Origin: Tubulanus polymorphus
Taxonomy: Eukaryota; Animalia; Nemertea
Reading direction: 5' to 3'
NCBI RefSeq assembly: GCF_964204645.1
Contig: NC_134025.1
Span: 21,055,101 to 21,119,100 of the forward strand
Length of the DNA stretch: 64,000 nt
Shown: positions 14,901-27,200 of the stretch, in pieces
Position numbering within the stretch: position 1 is the first letter of the stretch
How the letters are laid out: the number at the start of each line of letters is the position of its first letter
Position numbers and translations under genes: made by a program
The notes under the pieces: generated by a model
Told to the model about the DNA's origin: nothing
Database searches by the model: none
What the model saw: only the letters and a program-made list of their open reading frames with translations

Positions 14901-15129
14901 TTTTTGTCGTTGTTGAATAGAAGGCCCTGGGCCTAGAAAAGGTCTTGTTTTCATTATTGGGAACAGAAATGTCAACAGCTATACGACATATTTTTCCGAG
15001 TTTCAGACATGCATATTCTCTGATGGGTGTCACTGAACCTTTCGTGCATTTGTATTGGCGTAAATTGAAAATATTTGATGAGAAAGTCCCGAAAATTTTC
15101 GATGATTTCAAACTCATGGGCGCTGCCAT
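5972..15129 (-). CDS. CDK5RAP1: Mitochondrial tRNA methylthiotransferase (MiaB family: UPF0004 + radical SAM + TRAM), 12 coding exons
   Basis: Exons in transcript order: 14688-15129, 13803-13906 ([15 protein letters not shown]), 12483-12624 ([13 protein letters not shown]), 11937-12065 ([20 protein letters not shown]), 11616-11697, 11001-11121 ([13 protein letters not shown], the CxxxCxxC motif), 10114-10353 ([21 protein letters not shown]), 9320-9473 ([18 protein letters not shown]), 7280-7410 ([14 protein letters not shown]), 7032-7181, 6461-6601 (GRNDANTKV), 5972-6061. All introns are GT-AG with consistent phases. The long basic N-terminus resembles a mitochondrial presequence. Confidence 0.96.
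6757..6922. mobile_element. Tc1/mariner-like MITE (TA TSD)
   Basis: TACAGTCAA ... TTGACTGTA termini with internal ATATACTG repeats. A related copy lies near 61733-61834. Confidence 0.6.
7581..8840 (+). mobile_element. Non-autonomous Helentron-type (HINE/DINE-like) element with internal 154-bp tandem array, copy 1 (CDK5RAP1 intron)
   Basis: Starts AACTAGGGGTCC and is near-identical to 22791-24081. Four ~154-bp units have their marker ATTCAACGCCCCCTGG at about 7653, 7807, 7960 and 8114. A (GGAC)n microsatellite lies near 8765-8797 and the 3' hairpin is truncated. Confidence 0.8.
9983..10097. repeat. 38-bp tandem minisatellite, 3 copies
   Basis: TGAGCGATGTACCACTTGCACTAAGGTTTTCAGTGAAT-like units start at 9983, 10021 and 10059 with no spacers. 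Confidence 0.9.
13380..13641. mobile_element. MITE, CAGGGGCGGAT family (diverged)
   Basis: CAGGGGCGGATTTAG ... CTAGATCCACTCCTG termini. Confidence 0.65.
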
Positions 15130-15579
15130 CTTGAAAGTAGCACTAAAATGCGTACTAGGATTGTTTGGGAGCCACCCTCCTATATATTAAAAGGTGTCTT
15201 ATTTCTGTCCCAATCATGTGGCAATTCTCACAAATGAGGACAATCCACATGCTGTAGGCTTTTAAGACAAAGTATGTCAAAGAACATTGACAAACACCCA
15301 AGTAACGCGGCTTCAGTGGGGTTCGAACCTACCGAGCCATGAGTAGTAACTAAACTAAAATACGAAACGTCAGACACGATTTTAACATTGTAATTCAAGC
15401 ATATTGTTTTTTCATGTCGTACTACAAGTAGAATATGTAATTATATTTGTTAGAATGTTTATACGTTTTCATTTAATTCCTTATTTAAAACATACGTAGA
15501 ATTTGCATCTCCACACTTTCCTGCGAATGGTTTTACTTTTACAGTGACGTGTCACCCTTGCAGAAAGCCGGCAACAGAA
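15130..15579. promoter_or_regulatory. Bidirectional promoter region shared by CDK5RAP1 and PRDX4
   Basis: The divergent start codons are only 450 bp apart. GTGACGTGTCAC (CRE/UPRE-like) lies at 15544-15555. Confidence 0.65.
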
Positions 15580-18500
15580 ATGGACAGGATTGATTGTATT
15601 CTTGTCTTAATTTGCTTCCTAGCGTCGCCGTACAGTGCGGAGGAGTCATGTCAACGTTTTCCCGGTGGAAAAGTAAACAAGGCTCAAAGTAAGAACTGTG
15701 TTTTTTCGTTGACACACAGTACTTATGCGTGATTTTTATGTTGGAATCTGTCGCCCCAATTTTCCTTCTTCCAATTTGGGGGGACCTTGCTGCTAGTCTG
15801 AATACCAGTCGTTACGGTTGTTTGTAGAACGACGGCTAGGTACTAGATCTAGACTACCTTGCTGTTTGCAGCATTGCCATTAGGTTGCAAAAGGGGCGGA
15901 TTTAGACCGTGTCGCCCGACACGGTCGGAATTTTGAAGTGCCTTTTTATTTCTCTGTATCAAAATATGCCGTTGTAACCACCTGAGATACACAATAGATA
16001 TTTTTCCTAAATATATGCGCAGTGGATATTCTACTGTATACGGCTGAGTATTTATTTCCACTATTTTACCGTACACCGTTGCTGATTGGCTGATTTAAGC
16101 CGCGCATGCGCACAGAGGCGCGCGACTTAGAAAATTCAAGGAAAGTGTGGAGAACAGAGTTATAGAAAATAGAACAGACAGAGCGAGACTCGTACGGCCA
16201 GTAAATTACTAGCGCAACGAGTTCGCTGAAAACCAACCGAATGTTTTAACTATCTATAGTACCTCACCTTACCCTAATCCTATCCCTAGGGGTAAAACGG
16301 AACCCTCTGGACCCTCACCCTCTCGACACTAGCCCTATCGAAACCCCAACCCTAAATCCAATATAATGATTTTATTGTTACTTTTATTAGTTAATTACTT
16401 TTATTAGTTATATATATATATGCTCACAACATGCCCCTGGATCCGCCCCTGTGCAATAATACATTATTAATTCTAAAGGCGTACATTCTGTTCCCAGTTT
16501 CACAAGGGTTAAGATCCAAATCGATTAGGGGATGAACTGAAATGATTAAATTGAAGAGTCCATTTCAGTCCCAGACTTTGAAAAAGTGTGTAAGTTAATA
16601 AGTAGACAAAATTTTAAGTTTGAATTGGACGTATTGGTTGTCCTCCATGTCCATGACTCGTTAAAAACAAATTGCCTAAACCACAAATTTGATATAAATT
16701 CTAAAACTGATTCCTGTCCTTTTAAAGCTTACTTAAGTTTCATGTATTTTTTTGTTTCAGTATCTGCCCCAGCCCCGGAATGGAAGGGTACTGCAGTTAT
16801 GGATGGAGCTTTCAAGGAAATGCAATTATCTGATTTCAAAGGAAAATATTTAGTGTTTTTCTTTTACCCGCTTGACTTGTAAGTCGTGAAGTTTCTAAAG
16901 AATGTTCTGTATTCCTTCACAAGCCAGACACTTGTGTACAGATCATGCTTATGATTAAAGAGAGAAAATCAAGATTTACTGATCTAGTTTATCTGAGTGC
17001 AATAGGGCCTGCCCTATGCCTATAGCATTTTAGACCTGGTTCTACAGTTACCGGTTGGAATATGACAATAGGTTTTAAGTTAACATTGGAAATGAAGTAA
17101 TTTTAACTCCCCTAGCCAGTCAAACTAGAAATCGTCCGTGGGGCCCTGTTTTATAGTTGTGACTTTAGAGTTAAAATCAGTCCATTTTCAATGTTTAAAC
17201 TCTTAGAGTGAAATTTAACTCAGAACTGTGGAACTGGATCCAGGTTGATAGCTTGTACATGTTTTGATGGTTGAAACCATGTTAGGGCCTATTAAATCAA
17301 TAGATACCTTGTGGCGATATATTTATATCTTAGCATTAATGTTGATATTTTTTTTCTTTCCTTTATTGTAGTACGTTTGTTTGTCCAACTGAAATCATCG
17401 CGTTCAGTGATAGAATTGCTGAATTCCACAAGATAAATGCTGAAGTCGTCGCTGCTTCAGTTGACTCGCAATTCACACATTTAGCATGGTAAGTGCTATC
17501 TTTGCCCGTCAAGGGATTCGAACTCACTAAGCTAAAGCCGTTCCCCGAACCCCTTAACCTCACGAGTTGTTGGAGTCTTTACTAGCCGACCAGAATCCGG
17601 TTGTACCAATCACAGCGCTTGTAACAAACGACATTAAGGTTGTGTTGGATTTCCCATTAAATGGACCAATCAGCGAACATTTTAGTGAACAAGGGAGTAT
17701 TTCGCAAGTTGATATATGACAGTCAATCGCAAAATGTCAGTAATGAAATCACGCCTCGTGGGGCCAGGGGGCTGGTGGAAGCAAGTTCGGTAAGCGATAC
17801 GGGACCCCTGGCTGGCAAGGATGGGTAAGTTCTTAATGATGGCCAGAAGTTTAGATCCTATCATCTTCACAACCAACAGGAGACATTTTGATGCCAATTT
17901 CTAGGTTGTCTGGGTTAATGTCCATGTAGTTTCATACTAGTGCCCATTCTTATGGACTGCTAGCCTATTCACTTAAACCTGTTAACTCAATTTGGTCTGA
18001 AATGAGTTAAAAGTTTGTCAGCAAATAAAGGTCTCTAAAATGGTAAAACGAATAAAGGTATTATTGATATTAACTTCTTGATTATCATTTCAGGATTAAC
18101 ACTCCTCGCGCTCAAGGTGGTTTAGGAAAGATGAATATCCCTCTGCTCTCGGATCTGACTCACAAAATCTCGGAAGATTACGGAGTCTACTTGGAAAATG
18201 CTGGCCACACTTTGAGGTAATTATATTTCCCCTTCAGGAAACTGGAAATGGTCTTTATCTAAGCCAAGGCAGTGCATCTGGCCCTTTATTAGTGGTCCGG
18301 ATTAGGTCGATATGATTGGTATTCTTAAAAAAGCAAGCGCGATTGTTTTGTGTCATTTCAGAGGACTGTTCATCATTGACGATAAAGGCATCTTGCGTCA
18401 GATCACTATTAATGATTTGCCTGTCGGACGATCGGTCGACGAAACTCTGCGATTGGTACAAGCTTTCCAGTACACCGATACACATGGTGAAGTGTGTCCT

Positions 18501-19153
18501 GTAGGCTGGAAACCAGGCAGTGATACCGTGAGTACTTTGTATTATAAAAGAAGTAACTCCTATGAAAATTGAGAATTTTATCTTTTTGTTCGTTTGAAAT
18601 TCTGGCTCCACAACATGTCAGAGTAAAAGTAGTTGATAAGGTTTTAGTAAAATGTAACATTTTGCTTATTACCCCTTATTTTGAGAATTGTATCTTTTGT
18701 TCATTTGAAATTCTGGTTAAAGCTAAGTTAGTAAATTTAAAATTTTGCTTATTTTCTACAAAACCGGCAAATTTTTCAAGCCGATTCACAGAATCTGATA
18801 TTGTCCAAAAAATAAAACTGATCCAAACTAAACGGCTCGGCAGGTTTACCTACAAGTGTTATTCAGGGCATTTCTGCGGGCAACTGATATACCGTGGTGA
18901 CAAGGTGTTGTTACTATACCATTAACCAATGTTGAATGATCAAATTTTTGAGCAATTGTTTTTCAGTTGCTTTAAATCAACAAAATAATCTTTCATCTTC
19001 TAATTTCAGATCATTCCAAATCCAGCTGACAAGATTAAATATTTCAAGAAACATGGTATGTAAGAGTGAAATCGCATAAATTCAACACCTTCCCGTCAAC
19101 AATTTCACTACATTCGTAATTTATCTGTTCTTTTAGCGCGTGATGAAATGTAA
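15580..19153 (+). CDS. PRDX4: Peroxiredoxin-4 (typical 2-Cys, secretory/ER), 7 coding exons
   Basis: Exons 15580-15688 (signal peptide, then [11 protein letters not shown]), 16761-16878 ([16 protein letters not shown]), 17372-17488 (TFVCPTE, peroxidatic Cys), 18094-18216 ([11 protein letters not shown]), 18362-18527 ([25 protein letters not shown], resolving Cys), 19010-19055 ([12 protein letters not shown]), 19137-19153 (ARDEM stop). If the last intron is unspliced the ORF ends at 19063. Confidence 0.95.
15891..16451. mobile_element. MITE of the same TIR family with 5-bp TSD (PRDX4 intron 1), probably with a nested insertion
   Basis: AGGGGCGGAT...ATCCGCCCCTG with TGCAA on both flanks. It contains a degenerate CCCTAA-like tract at ~16260-16340. 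Confidence 0.72.
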
Positions 19154-20434
19154 CTACCAAATATGTTCTAGAAAAAGGGAAGCAGCTGAGTTAGTGTCAT
19201 TTGAATCGTTTTCACTTTTTGTAAGGCCTTATAGTGTGTGTCGTTTTGAAAATAACGTACAACGAAATGTCTCGAATGTTTGTTTTATCGATGCAAATAA
19301 GTTATTCAAGTATTATCTATGTTTGAATGAGAAAATTCATTCTTTATCTTCTCTCTTGCATCTTTTATCTGTGTTTCTTCTTTTGTGCTGTCATTTTATT
19401 TTCTGGTGGTTGCATTTCGTTCTTTATGGCGCTAATTGTCCATATCAAATTATTGTAAAACATTTTTATGCGTACGTGTATTTGTCTGTATTAACCAAGA
19501 AAAAGGAAAATCTCGAAAAAAAGTTTCAACTCTGTATGAATTCTATAACCTGTGTTTATTTCAAATTTGTCTAATCCATACATAAATATAACAATGATGT
19601 TCAAACCAAATTTCTACCAGAATTGCCGGTATTTTTTGGTCTCAACTGATTCAGATCAAGTGGGTATAACTATGATGTTGTAGTCCAGGGGATGTGGCAT
19701 CAATTTCTTTGCTTAAAGTGCTTCATTACCTGGTGAGAAGCTTAGTGTTTACGTTGCAATTGATGGTTTTAAATCAGATATGTACGGAATTCAATTTCAA
19801 AGGTAGATGAACTTCTTGATGTAGTGAATAATCTGAACTGCGTTGCAATAAACCAGTGTTCAATTCTAAGACTGTTATCTTTGGTTGATAATTACTTATA
19901 TAGACAGATTGTATACAGTAATCTCCTCACTCTGTACTGGTCGGTCACTCAATCCGGTGAATTTTACATTAAGAACTTTTTTTGCGAAGACTGAATTTTT
20001 CTCGTGTTGAAAAATATTTACAGCCCCACGCCACCGAGTAAGGTGTGCTTCGTTGTATATGCATGTTCTCTTGGTGATATTGTATGTTGGATGAATGGTT
20101 CACATTTTCTTCTGGATCTCTTTATCGAATCAGGTGCTTCATAGGTTGAATGGGTTGCTAGCTTCGTCATAAAATTCACTCTTCTCTTCTTGGTATCATT
20201 AACTCTTCTTCCTGTCATACTTCCAAAGTCAGTTATTGAGATTCATTGAAATTTTGAAATGTTACTTAAGCATGTTAATCTTGCCCCAAAAATTAAGCCC
20301 ATTTGTATCATGAATTACACATGTGTGGTCTTCTCTATGAACAGTTCAAATGCATTACCTTGGAATAGACATCAAGAAAGAACCTGCATGTATTGTAATT
20401 AAATCAGTTAATACGAACATTTTGATTTGTCTAT

Positions 20435-20851
20435 AGCTGCGTTCACACTAGATTCGGCGCTTACGAAGTACCGTACTTCACTTGTGCCGAATTCACCAAA
20501 ATACGGCGCTTACACAGCCATTTACGTTCACACTACGAGTCGGCAATTCGGCGCTAAGTAAGCCTAGTATAGTAGTCACCCAGTGTGCCGATAGAGGGGA
20601 GTGTAATTAGTGTTTTGTACTACGAGGATGTAAATATGTGGCTAGCCAAGCGCCGAATCTGCGTTCACACTACAGAAAATACGCGGCCAGCTCGGTTCCG
20701 TACTGAGATCGGGTTTTCGGCGCGGAATCACATTCCGCGCTTAATAAGCTGCGTATTTCAGTACGGAACTGAATTAGCCGCGAATAGGCCTCGACTAATT
20801 ACCTAGTGTGAACGCTTAGTGCAGTACTAAAATCCTAGTGTGAACGCAGCT
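20435..20851. mobile_element. PIF/Harbinger-like MITE, 3-bp TSD
   Basis: Perfect TIR AGCTGCGTTCACACTAG / CTAGTGTGAACGCAGCT, TAT on both flanks, and internal copies of GTTCACACTA. Confidence 0.8.
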
Positions 20852-20892
20852 TATCTCGAGATGGATTCTAGAATTCTGAGGTATGCATAGTA

Positions 20893-21053
20893 CAGTAGAC
20901 TCCACGCGAGTAGGATCCGATCATCTCGGATAACCGTTCAACTCGGATATTTTTCAAAATATTTGGACACTGTTTATGAAATACATGTACATAACATTCA
21001 AGTCAGACACATTTTTACGGTCTCAAAAGATCCGACTTTAGCGAAGTCTACTG
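20893..21053. mobile_element. Tc1/mariner-like MITE (TA TSD)
   Basis: TA-CAGTAGACT ... AGTCTACTG-TA. Related copies lie near 9637-9763, 21720-21898, 44945-45085 and 46750-46920. Confidence 0.7.
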
Positions 21054-22790
21054 TATATTGTATTTTTAAGAGAGTGACATATGGATATATATTGTATCTA
21101 TTAGCTATAGTATAATCACGCATGAACATTAAAAAATGCAACAATCAAAGATACGTTCATCTCATCCTGTCACTCTGAAGTTGAGGTGTTTGGATGCCAA
21201 TATACTGTGTATGCAAATACAGTCATAGTCTGGTTAAGTAGTCATCAGATTTGTCGTTACATTACTTTTAGTTAGTCATCTCCAAATTTGTATTTCCATT
21301 TCAACTTAACGATGTTTAAGTCATTTGGAGAGCTTAAGCGAGTAGGACTACTTTATAGACAATGGCAATATACATCTGTAATTTACTGAGCGTCAATATA
21401 ATCTAATATATGCAAACTACGGGAAAATGAAAACACCATTATATGCTGGAGATACAATGAATTGTAAAATGCTACCGATTTTTTGAAAATAAATAGTAAT
21501 TTATTTTATAGATTCATAAACATTGTACATGTATATTTTTACATAGCTTTGCATCTTATTTTGGATAGAAGCTTCATAAGCCCGCAGCACTGCACAAATA
21601 TCATTAAACCATGTATTTATGCAAGTCTCAATAGGCTGCCTGGATCTGCCCCTCGGACATTGGATTCACCATTCTTCAGCAAAATTTATCGTCCAGACAC
21701 TTTCAAATGATAAATGAACTATAATGGAACCTCGTTATAACAAACTAAGATACAACGATTCATCGGATACGACAAATATAGAATTTTTTACTAAGTAAGA
21801 AAATGCAATTAATTTCATACGGGATATAACAAACTATCGGTTATGACAAACATATTTTCTGGTCCAGTGAAGTTCGCTGTAAACGAGGTTCCACTGTATT
21901 ACAGTTAAAAACGCCAGTTATTTTGAATATCGTCACACCAAAAAAAGTATTCATCAAGGCTTTACATATCGACGCTGCAAAGGGGTCAGTTCCAGGTTGC
22001 AAATTGATACCTGCATTAAACTTGCTAAGCAAGGACAAGTTGAGACCACAGATTATTTTGTGTCTTTAAGAGAAGCCGGTGGTTATGATTTATAAGTGGA
22101 ATGTAATAAAATAATTTTAAGGTAATAGTAAGGAAGGTTTATTGAAGTAAAATCTTGTATAAAAATGTAACATAACGTAGGGAGAAAAATATAATTATGT
22201 GATTATCAAGGTCTAAAACTAGCGGTCATCCGTTTATCATGCATACACTTCTTGCTCCCTGGTATATTTTTGAACTCTTGAGTTTCCTCCGGAGCTACAT
22301 TGTCATTTTTCACATCCTATTCCTATGTTTTTGTCATTTTTCATATCCTATTCCTGTTTTTGCCCTAAATTCAATCCCAGATTATCTACAGCCATTGACA
22401 GACCATACTCTCTAGGTAAGGATTTGAACCTGATGGATCGCTACACTCAGCCACGGCACGAACCCCTGCCGCACTAGACCAGGGGCACAAGTACATGCGC
22501 AGAATTACTGCGCAAAAACTTGTGGTACCAATCAGATTGCTTGTATAATCGCGGAGGCAAACCGCACGGAAGAACTATAGATGGGAAAACCCAGGCTAAA
22601 ATGGGATATCTGATTGCTAATAATGACATCATCTAAGCTGCGCGTGTGGCTGCATACTCGGCCTAATGTGGCAGGGTTTCGTACTGTGGCAATCTCGATG
22701 CCATCAGGTTCGAATGCCTGCCGAGGGAGGATGATGACGGACCCACCGTGTCAATTTGTCACGGCTAAAAACAATTCAGATCACTATGTC

Positions 22791-24081
22791 AACTAGGGGT
22801 CCAGGGACACCATGCCCACTTGGGAAGTGGTTTCAAATGCTCAACAATCTAACAATTTCAACATTCAACGCCCCCTGGTGACCATTTACAAAAACCAATG
22901 ACCTTGAAACTCACCACAATCATAGAACATGTCAGCAGCTACGATTTTGTAATTGATTGTGATAACAAAATATGCCTCGTTACCAATTTAATATGGAAAT
23001 ACTAAGTCATTCTACTATTCAACGCCCCCTGGTGACCATATTCAAAACCCAATGACCTCGAAACTCACCACAATCATAGAACATGTCATGACCTACAACT
23101 TTGCAATTGACCATGGTAACAAAATATGCCTAGGTACCAATATAATAAGGAAATACTAATTTATTCTACTATTCAACGCCCCCTGGTGACCATATAGAAA
23201 AACTTATGTCCTTAAAACTCGCAACAATCATAGATGATGTCATGAGCTACAACTTTCCAATTGATTGTGGTTACAAAATATGCATAGGTACGAATATAAT
23301 AAAGAAATGCTAAGATATTGTATTATTCAACGCCCCCTGGTGGCCATATACGAAATCCAATTACCTTGAAACTCACCACAATCATAGAACACGTTATGAG
23401 TTACAACTTTCTAATTGATTGTGGTAGCAAAATATAGGTTATCAATAGGTTATAAATATAGGTTATCTTAGGTATCAATATAATGTGGAAAAACTTTTTC
23501 CCACTTACGAATGAGTACTGGTGACACCAAGATGGCTGCCAATTGCGTCATAATTGGCTGATGAAAAATACCTGTCTCAGGTATAAAACATCCCTTTCCA
23601 AAGAATACCCATCACAAAAAGTAATGAGAAATGGCAAACCAGTAGGAAGCTACAGGACTCAGAATTCGGGCCAAAATTAACATTTTTGGGCACTAAAAAG
23701 GTCATAGGACGGCCATCTTGAGTCCGACCGACCCAATTTTTGGTACGTTGATGGGCCCTGGGGGGATTCATATATATCCGAAAGCTCAAGGTAATTGATC
23801 AAAGCGTCTTCAAAATTTCCCTCAAAAAGTTAAAAAATGTGTAAAAAGTGCTGATTTTGGCGAAAAACAATGGCTGCCAGTCGGCCATCTTGATTCTGAC
23901 AGGGCCAGTTTTTGGGCTGAAGATGTGTCTAGGGTAGATACATGTGTAACCCAAATATCAAGACATTACCTTGAAGCGTCTTCAAAACTTCCCAAAATAA
24001 CTGGATTCCATCTACGGACGGACGACGGACGAAAAGTGAATGCAATAGCCCGCTGGGACTAAAGTCCCAAGTGGGCTAAAA
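22791..24081 (+). mobile_element. Helentron-type element, copy 2 (complete ends)
   Basis: Same sequence as 7581-8840. The 5' subterminal GCCCACTTGGGA is the inverted complement of the 3' TCCCAAGTGGGC. It has a 3' hairpin (GGGACT-AA-AGTCCC) and A-rich flanks. Confidence 0.82.
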
Positions 24082-24205
24082 AGTACACGGAAATAAATAT
24101 ATAACCACTGGTATTTCATACAACTCAATCTCTGCATGCGTAAAAAAACCCCTCAGATATCACAGATCCATTGAGTATTAATCAGTTTCACAGCTTAAGC
24201 CACGC

Positions 24206-27200
24206 TCAACACCAATGATGAGCCTGCTTACATTTCCCTACGAACCAACGGTAGATAAGCTTATTATAATTTCGTAATCTACGATAAAATCTGTCATTCG
24301 CTGGTGTCCATTTAGCAGCCCATTCCGTACTCTATATATAGAAATAAAAGATCTACTATTGATTCCACGTGCGCGAAAAATACATGTAAAAAGCGAACAT
24401 ATGTGCATTTCATGTAACACGTACCATTACTGGCGGAAAAACTCGTCCCATATTGCGTCTAGTCAGATGTTCCAAGTAAGCGTACTTCAAAGTCTGTCTT
24501 TGTTCCGAAGTGAGGCATGTATTACATACTTGGCATTTCTGTAAGAAGAGAACCGAGTAATTACATAGAAATACAGTTACTAAGCCCCTCTAATAATCTA
24601 GATGCATTAAGACCAATAATCTGGTCCATGAGAAATTCAGATTAAAAATTATAAGATATATATTTTTCTGTGTAGGCCATATGAATGATGTCCACGACGT
24701 GGTTTCATAGTTTTTGTTAACTTTTAACTCGAGGTTAAATTCCCAAACTCGAGTTTCTGATTCAGTCAAAAACTAAGAGTCAAATTTAACCAAGAACTGT
24801 GAAACCAGGTCCAGATTAAGCCTGTTAGAAGCAGACATGCGATCTATCGGGTAACAACACTTGAGAAGGATCGGATAGATGCGTCTATTGCGACATACCT
24901 CTAAGTTACAATTGTCGCTACAATCCGGGCTGCTACAAATATCACTGAAAACATGAATATCTTTATCCGACACTTGCATCTCGGCTTCATCGGGAGAACT
25001 GAAACCAGAAGACATCATTGTGAGATGAGGAATCATTCAATTTCTTGCGATAGTTAAATTGGTCCGAACTCAATTAATTCATTGTCAGTTAATTCACTCA
25101 TCACATTACTAAAGTCGTCACTATTATTGAGTTCAAATATGTGTTTCCAATGCAATTTACAAAGTTGTAAGTCATCATTTTTGATAAGCCATCAACGTTA
25201 TGATTATCCCAACAACAACAACAACCTTAAGCGAGTTAGACCATACCTACCTCCTGAAAATATCTCTTTGCAATGGTCGCACAATTCCTACCAAACTGAA
25301 TAGATTGTGCAAGACTTGTTCGTAAAGCAATCGATTCGGTTTGAAGTGCAAGGAAGACAGGTTTGGAGACATGTTAGCCTAGAAGGTAAGCGAGATGGAT
25401 AGATGATGATCGGGGAAATTTTCATTAAGGTTCGAAACACCAAAGACGCCCGTCAATTCATACTTTTATACACCAGCAAATTGCCCTCAACCTATGACAG
25501 ACGAGATGAAGGTTATTCCTCATAGAGCATCGCGCTGTGCGGCGCGGTTATGCGCAAATAGCGGGTTTATATAAATCGCTTATGAAACGAGGGATAAAAG
25601 CTGGATGGAAAATCTAGTCCGTTTTCAACCCCATGCAAATCAAAGTAGAGTACGGTAGGTAAATAGGATGAATAGAAAAGATTAACTTACTTCCATCAAA
25701 TAAACATTTAGATTTTCATCCAATACGAAGTCAAATCGAACCATCTCAAAAAAGTTTCTGAAATTGAGTATATCATGCCGTTATTCACTAAACCAACAGT
25801 TTTCTAAGATGGTGCAAGAACACATACCGGTAGTACATATGTAAAATAACTGAATATGAACGTATTGTTAACAGTCAAACTGTTTTAATCTAAGGCTTTA
25901 ATCTAACTAATTTGACAGCATATTTCGTTTTTACCTGGATGATTTATATTTTGCTGCGCTCGATATGAGATAAGGTTCTTTTTCTAGGTAGACGTTACGT
26001 ATCGTATCCTTTATATCTAACCACACTTGCGTGTCATTTTTACCTGTCGAAAAATGACCGCATGATTTTCATTCAATTACGAAAAAAAATTCAAAACGCT
26101 AGGGAGAGAAAAATCGCGAAGAGTACCTAGTTTTCGTATGTAGGTGTTTAATGATTCTCGGTGAGTGAAATTCAGGTCTGCGTAATAGTGCTTCAATGAA
26201 GGGATCTGAAACGTACGGAGAATTATCAAGCGCTTATATTAGAAACGCCTCACATGATATCAAGAAACTGTTTCATCTGTCTCGATCAGTTTATTCAGTA
26301 TGAATTTGAGTACCGACGTAAAAAAGACCATTTCACACATAGATCATATACAGTGGCCAGGTAAAAAGATTCTTACTTGAATATTCTGTATTATCTTGTT
26401 AAATGAGGACTAAAAGTCCCCATGTTTTATATGATAGATTTTTACAATACATATTGTATCAGTAGGTACCCTACTACCTACAATACAAATCTATAGAGAA
26501 TTTCATCAATTCACATATTCACATGGGGCCAGTTGCTAAAAAATTGATGAAAGTTAACAGGTGAATAAATGCCAAGGTAGCAATTGATATTAAGCAACTT
26601 TTAAGCAAATGATCTCTGTACAATAGATGGATATGGATTTTTGTCAAATTGTAACTTAAATTCATCAAATAACAAGCTATAAAGAATACAAGATTTTGTA
26701 ACATCGCCTGTAAGTTGTCTATCGGTATGTCTATTGAAGATAAGCAGAATTGTTCAAGAGATCGATTTTATCCAAATCTGGATCATCAGATTACACACAA
26801 AAACGAATACTATACTGCTATAAACGAATTGATCAATGAACAATCTAAACACTAAAAGCACATGCCTGCCAAGTGGGCGTGTAGTCGTCCCCAACCACAT
26901 ATTTGTCAATATCTGAAGCATCAAATGGGTGATAATCTTTCGGGCAGAATCTGAAAAATGTCCATTTTGATATTCTTTAAGTATAGGAAGAACTGGCACC
27001 TTATGCATAATGCAAGATGCCATGTAGGTGGTGGGGGGGAAGAGGGGGACATTGTGGAAAATATCTTATACATGTACATGCATACGCATGTGCCATGGAT
27101 AGTACAAGACAATCAAAGCTGTTGACTTCTAAGTCTAGGCCTATAAATATAGGAAATGTGGAGAAAATTTAACTTAATCCAGATCAATTGGGATTACAGC

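Noticed and set aside
15300-15345. Possible tRNA gene (GGTTCGAACCCCAC, minus strand)
   Set aside because: Only a T-arm/B-box is present, with no acceptor, D or anticodon stems. Similar remnants near 17513, 22420 and 22707 suggest SINE fragments.
16260-16340. Telomere-like CCCTAA tract
   Set aside because: It is highly degenerate and inside a mobile element, so it is not a telomere or a clear interstitial telomeric array.
19140-19574. 144-aa hydrophobic ORF
   Set aside because: It is T-rich PRDX4 3' UTR sequence with a non-ATG start and low-complexity composition.
20018-20218. 66-aa basic ORF downstream of PRDX4
   Set aside because: No recognisable homology, an in-frame stop shortly upstream, and no convincing exon chain.
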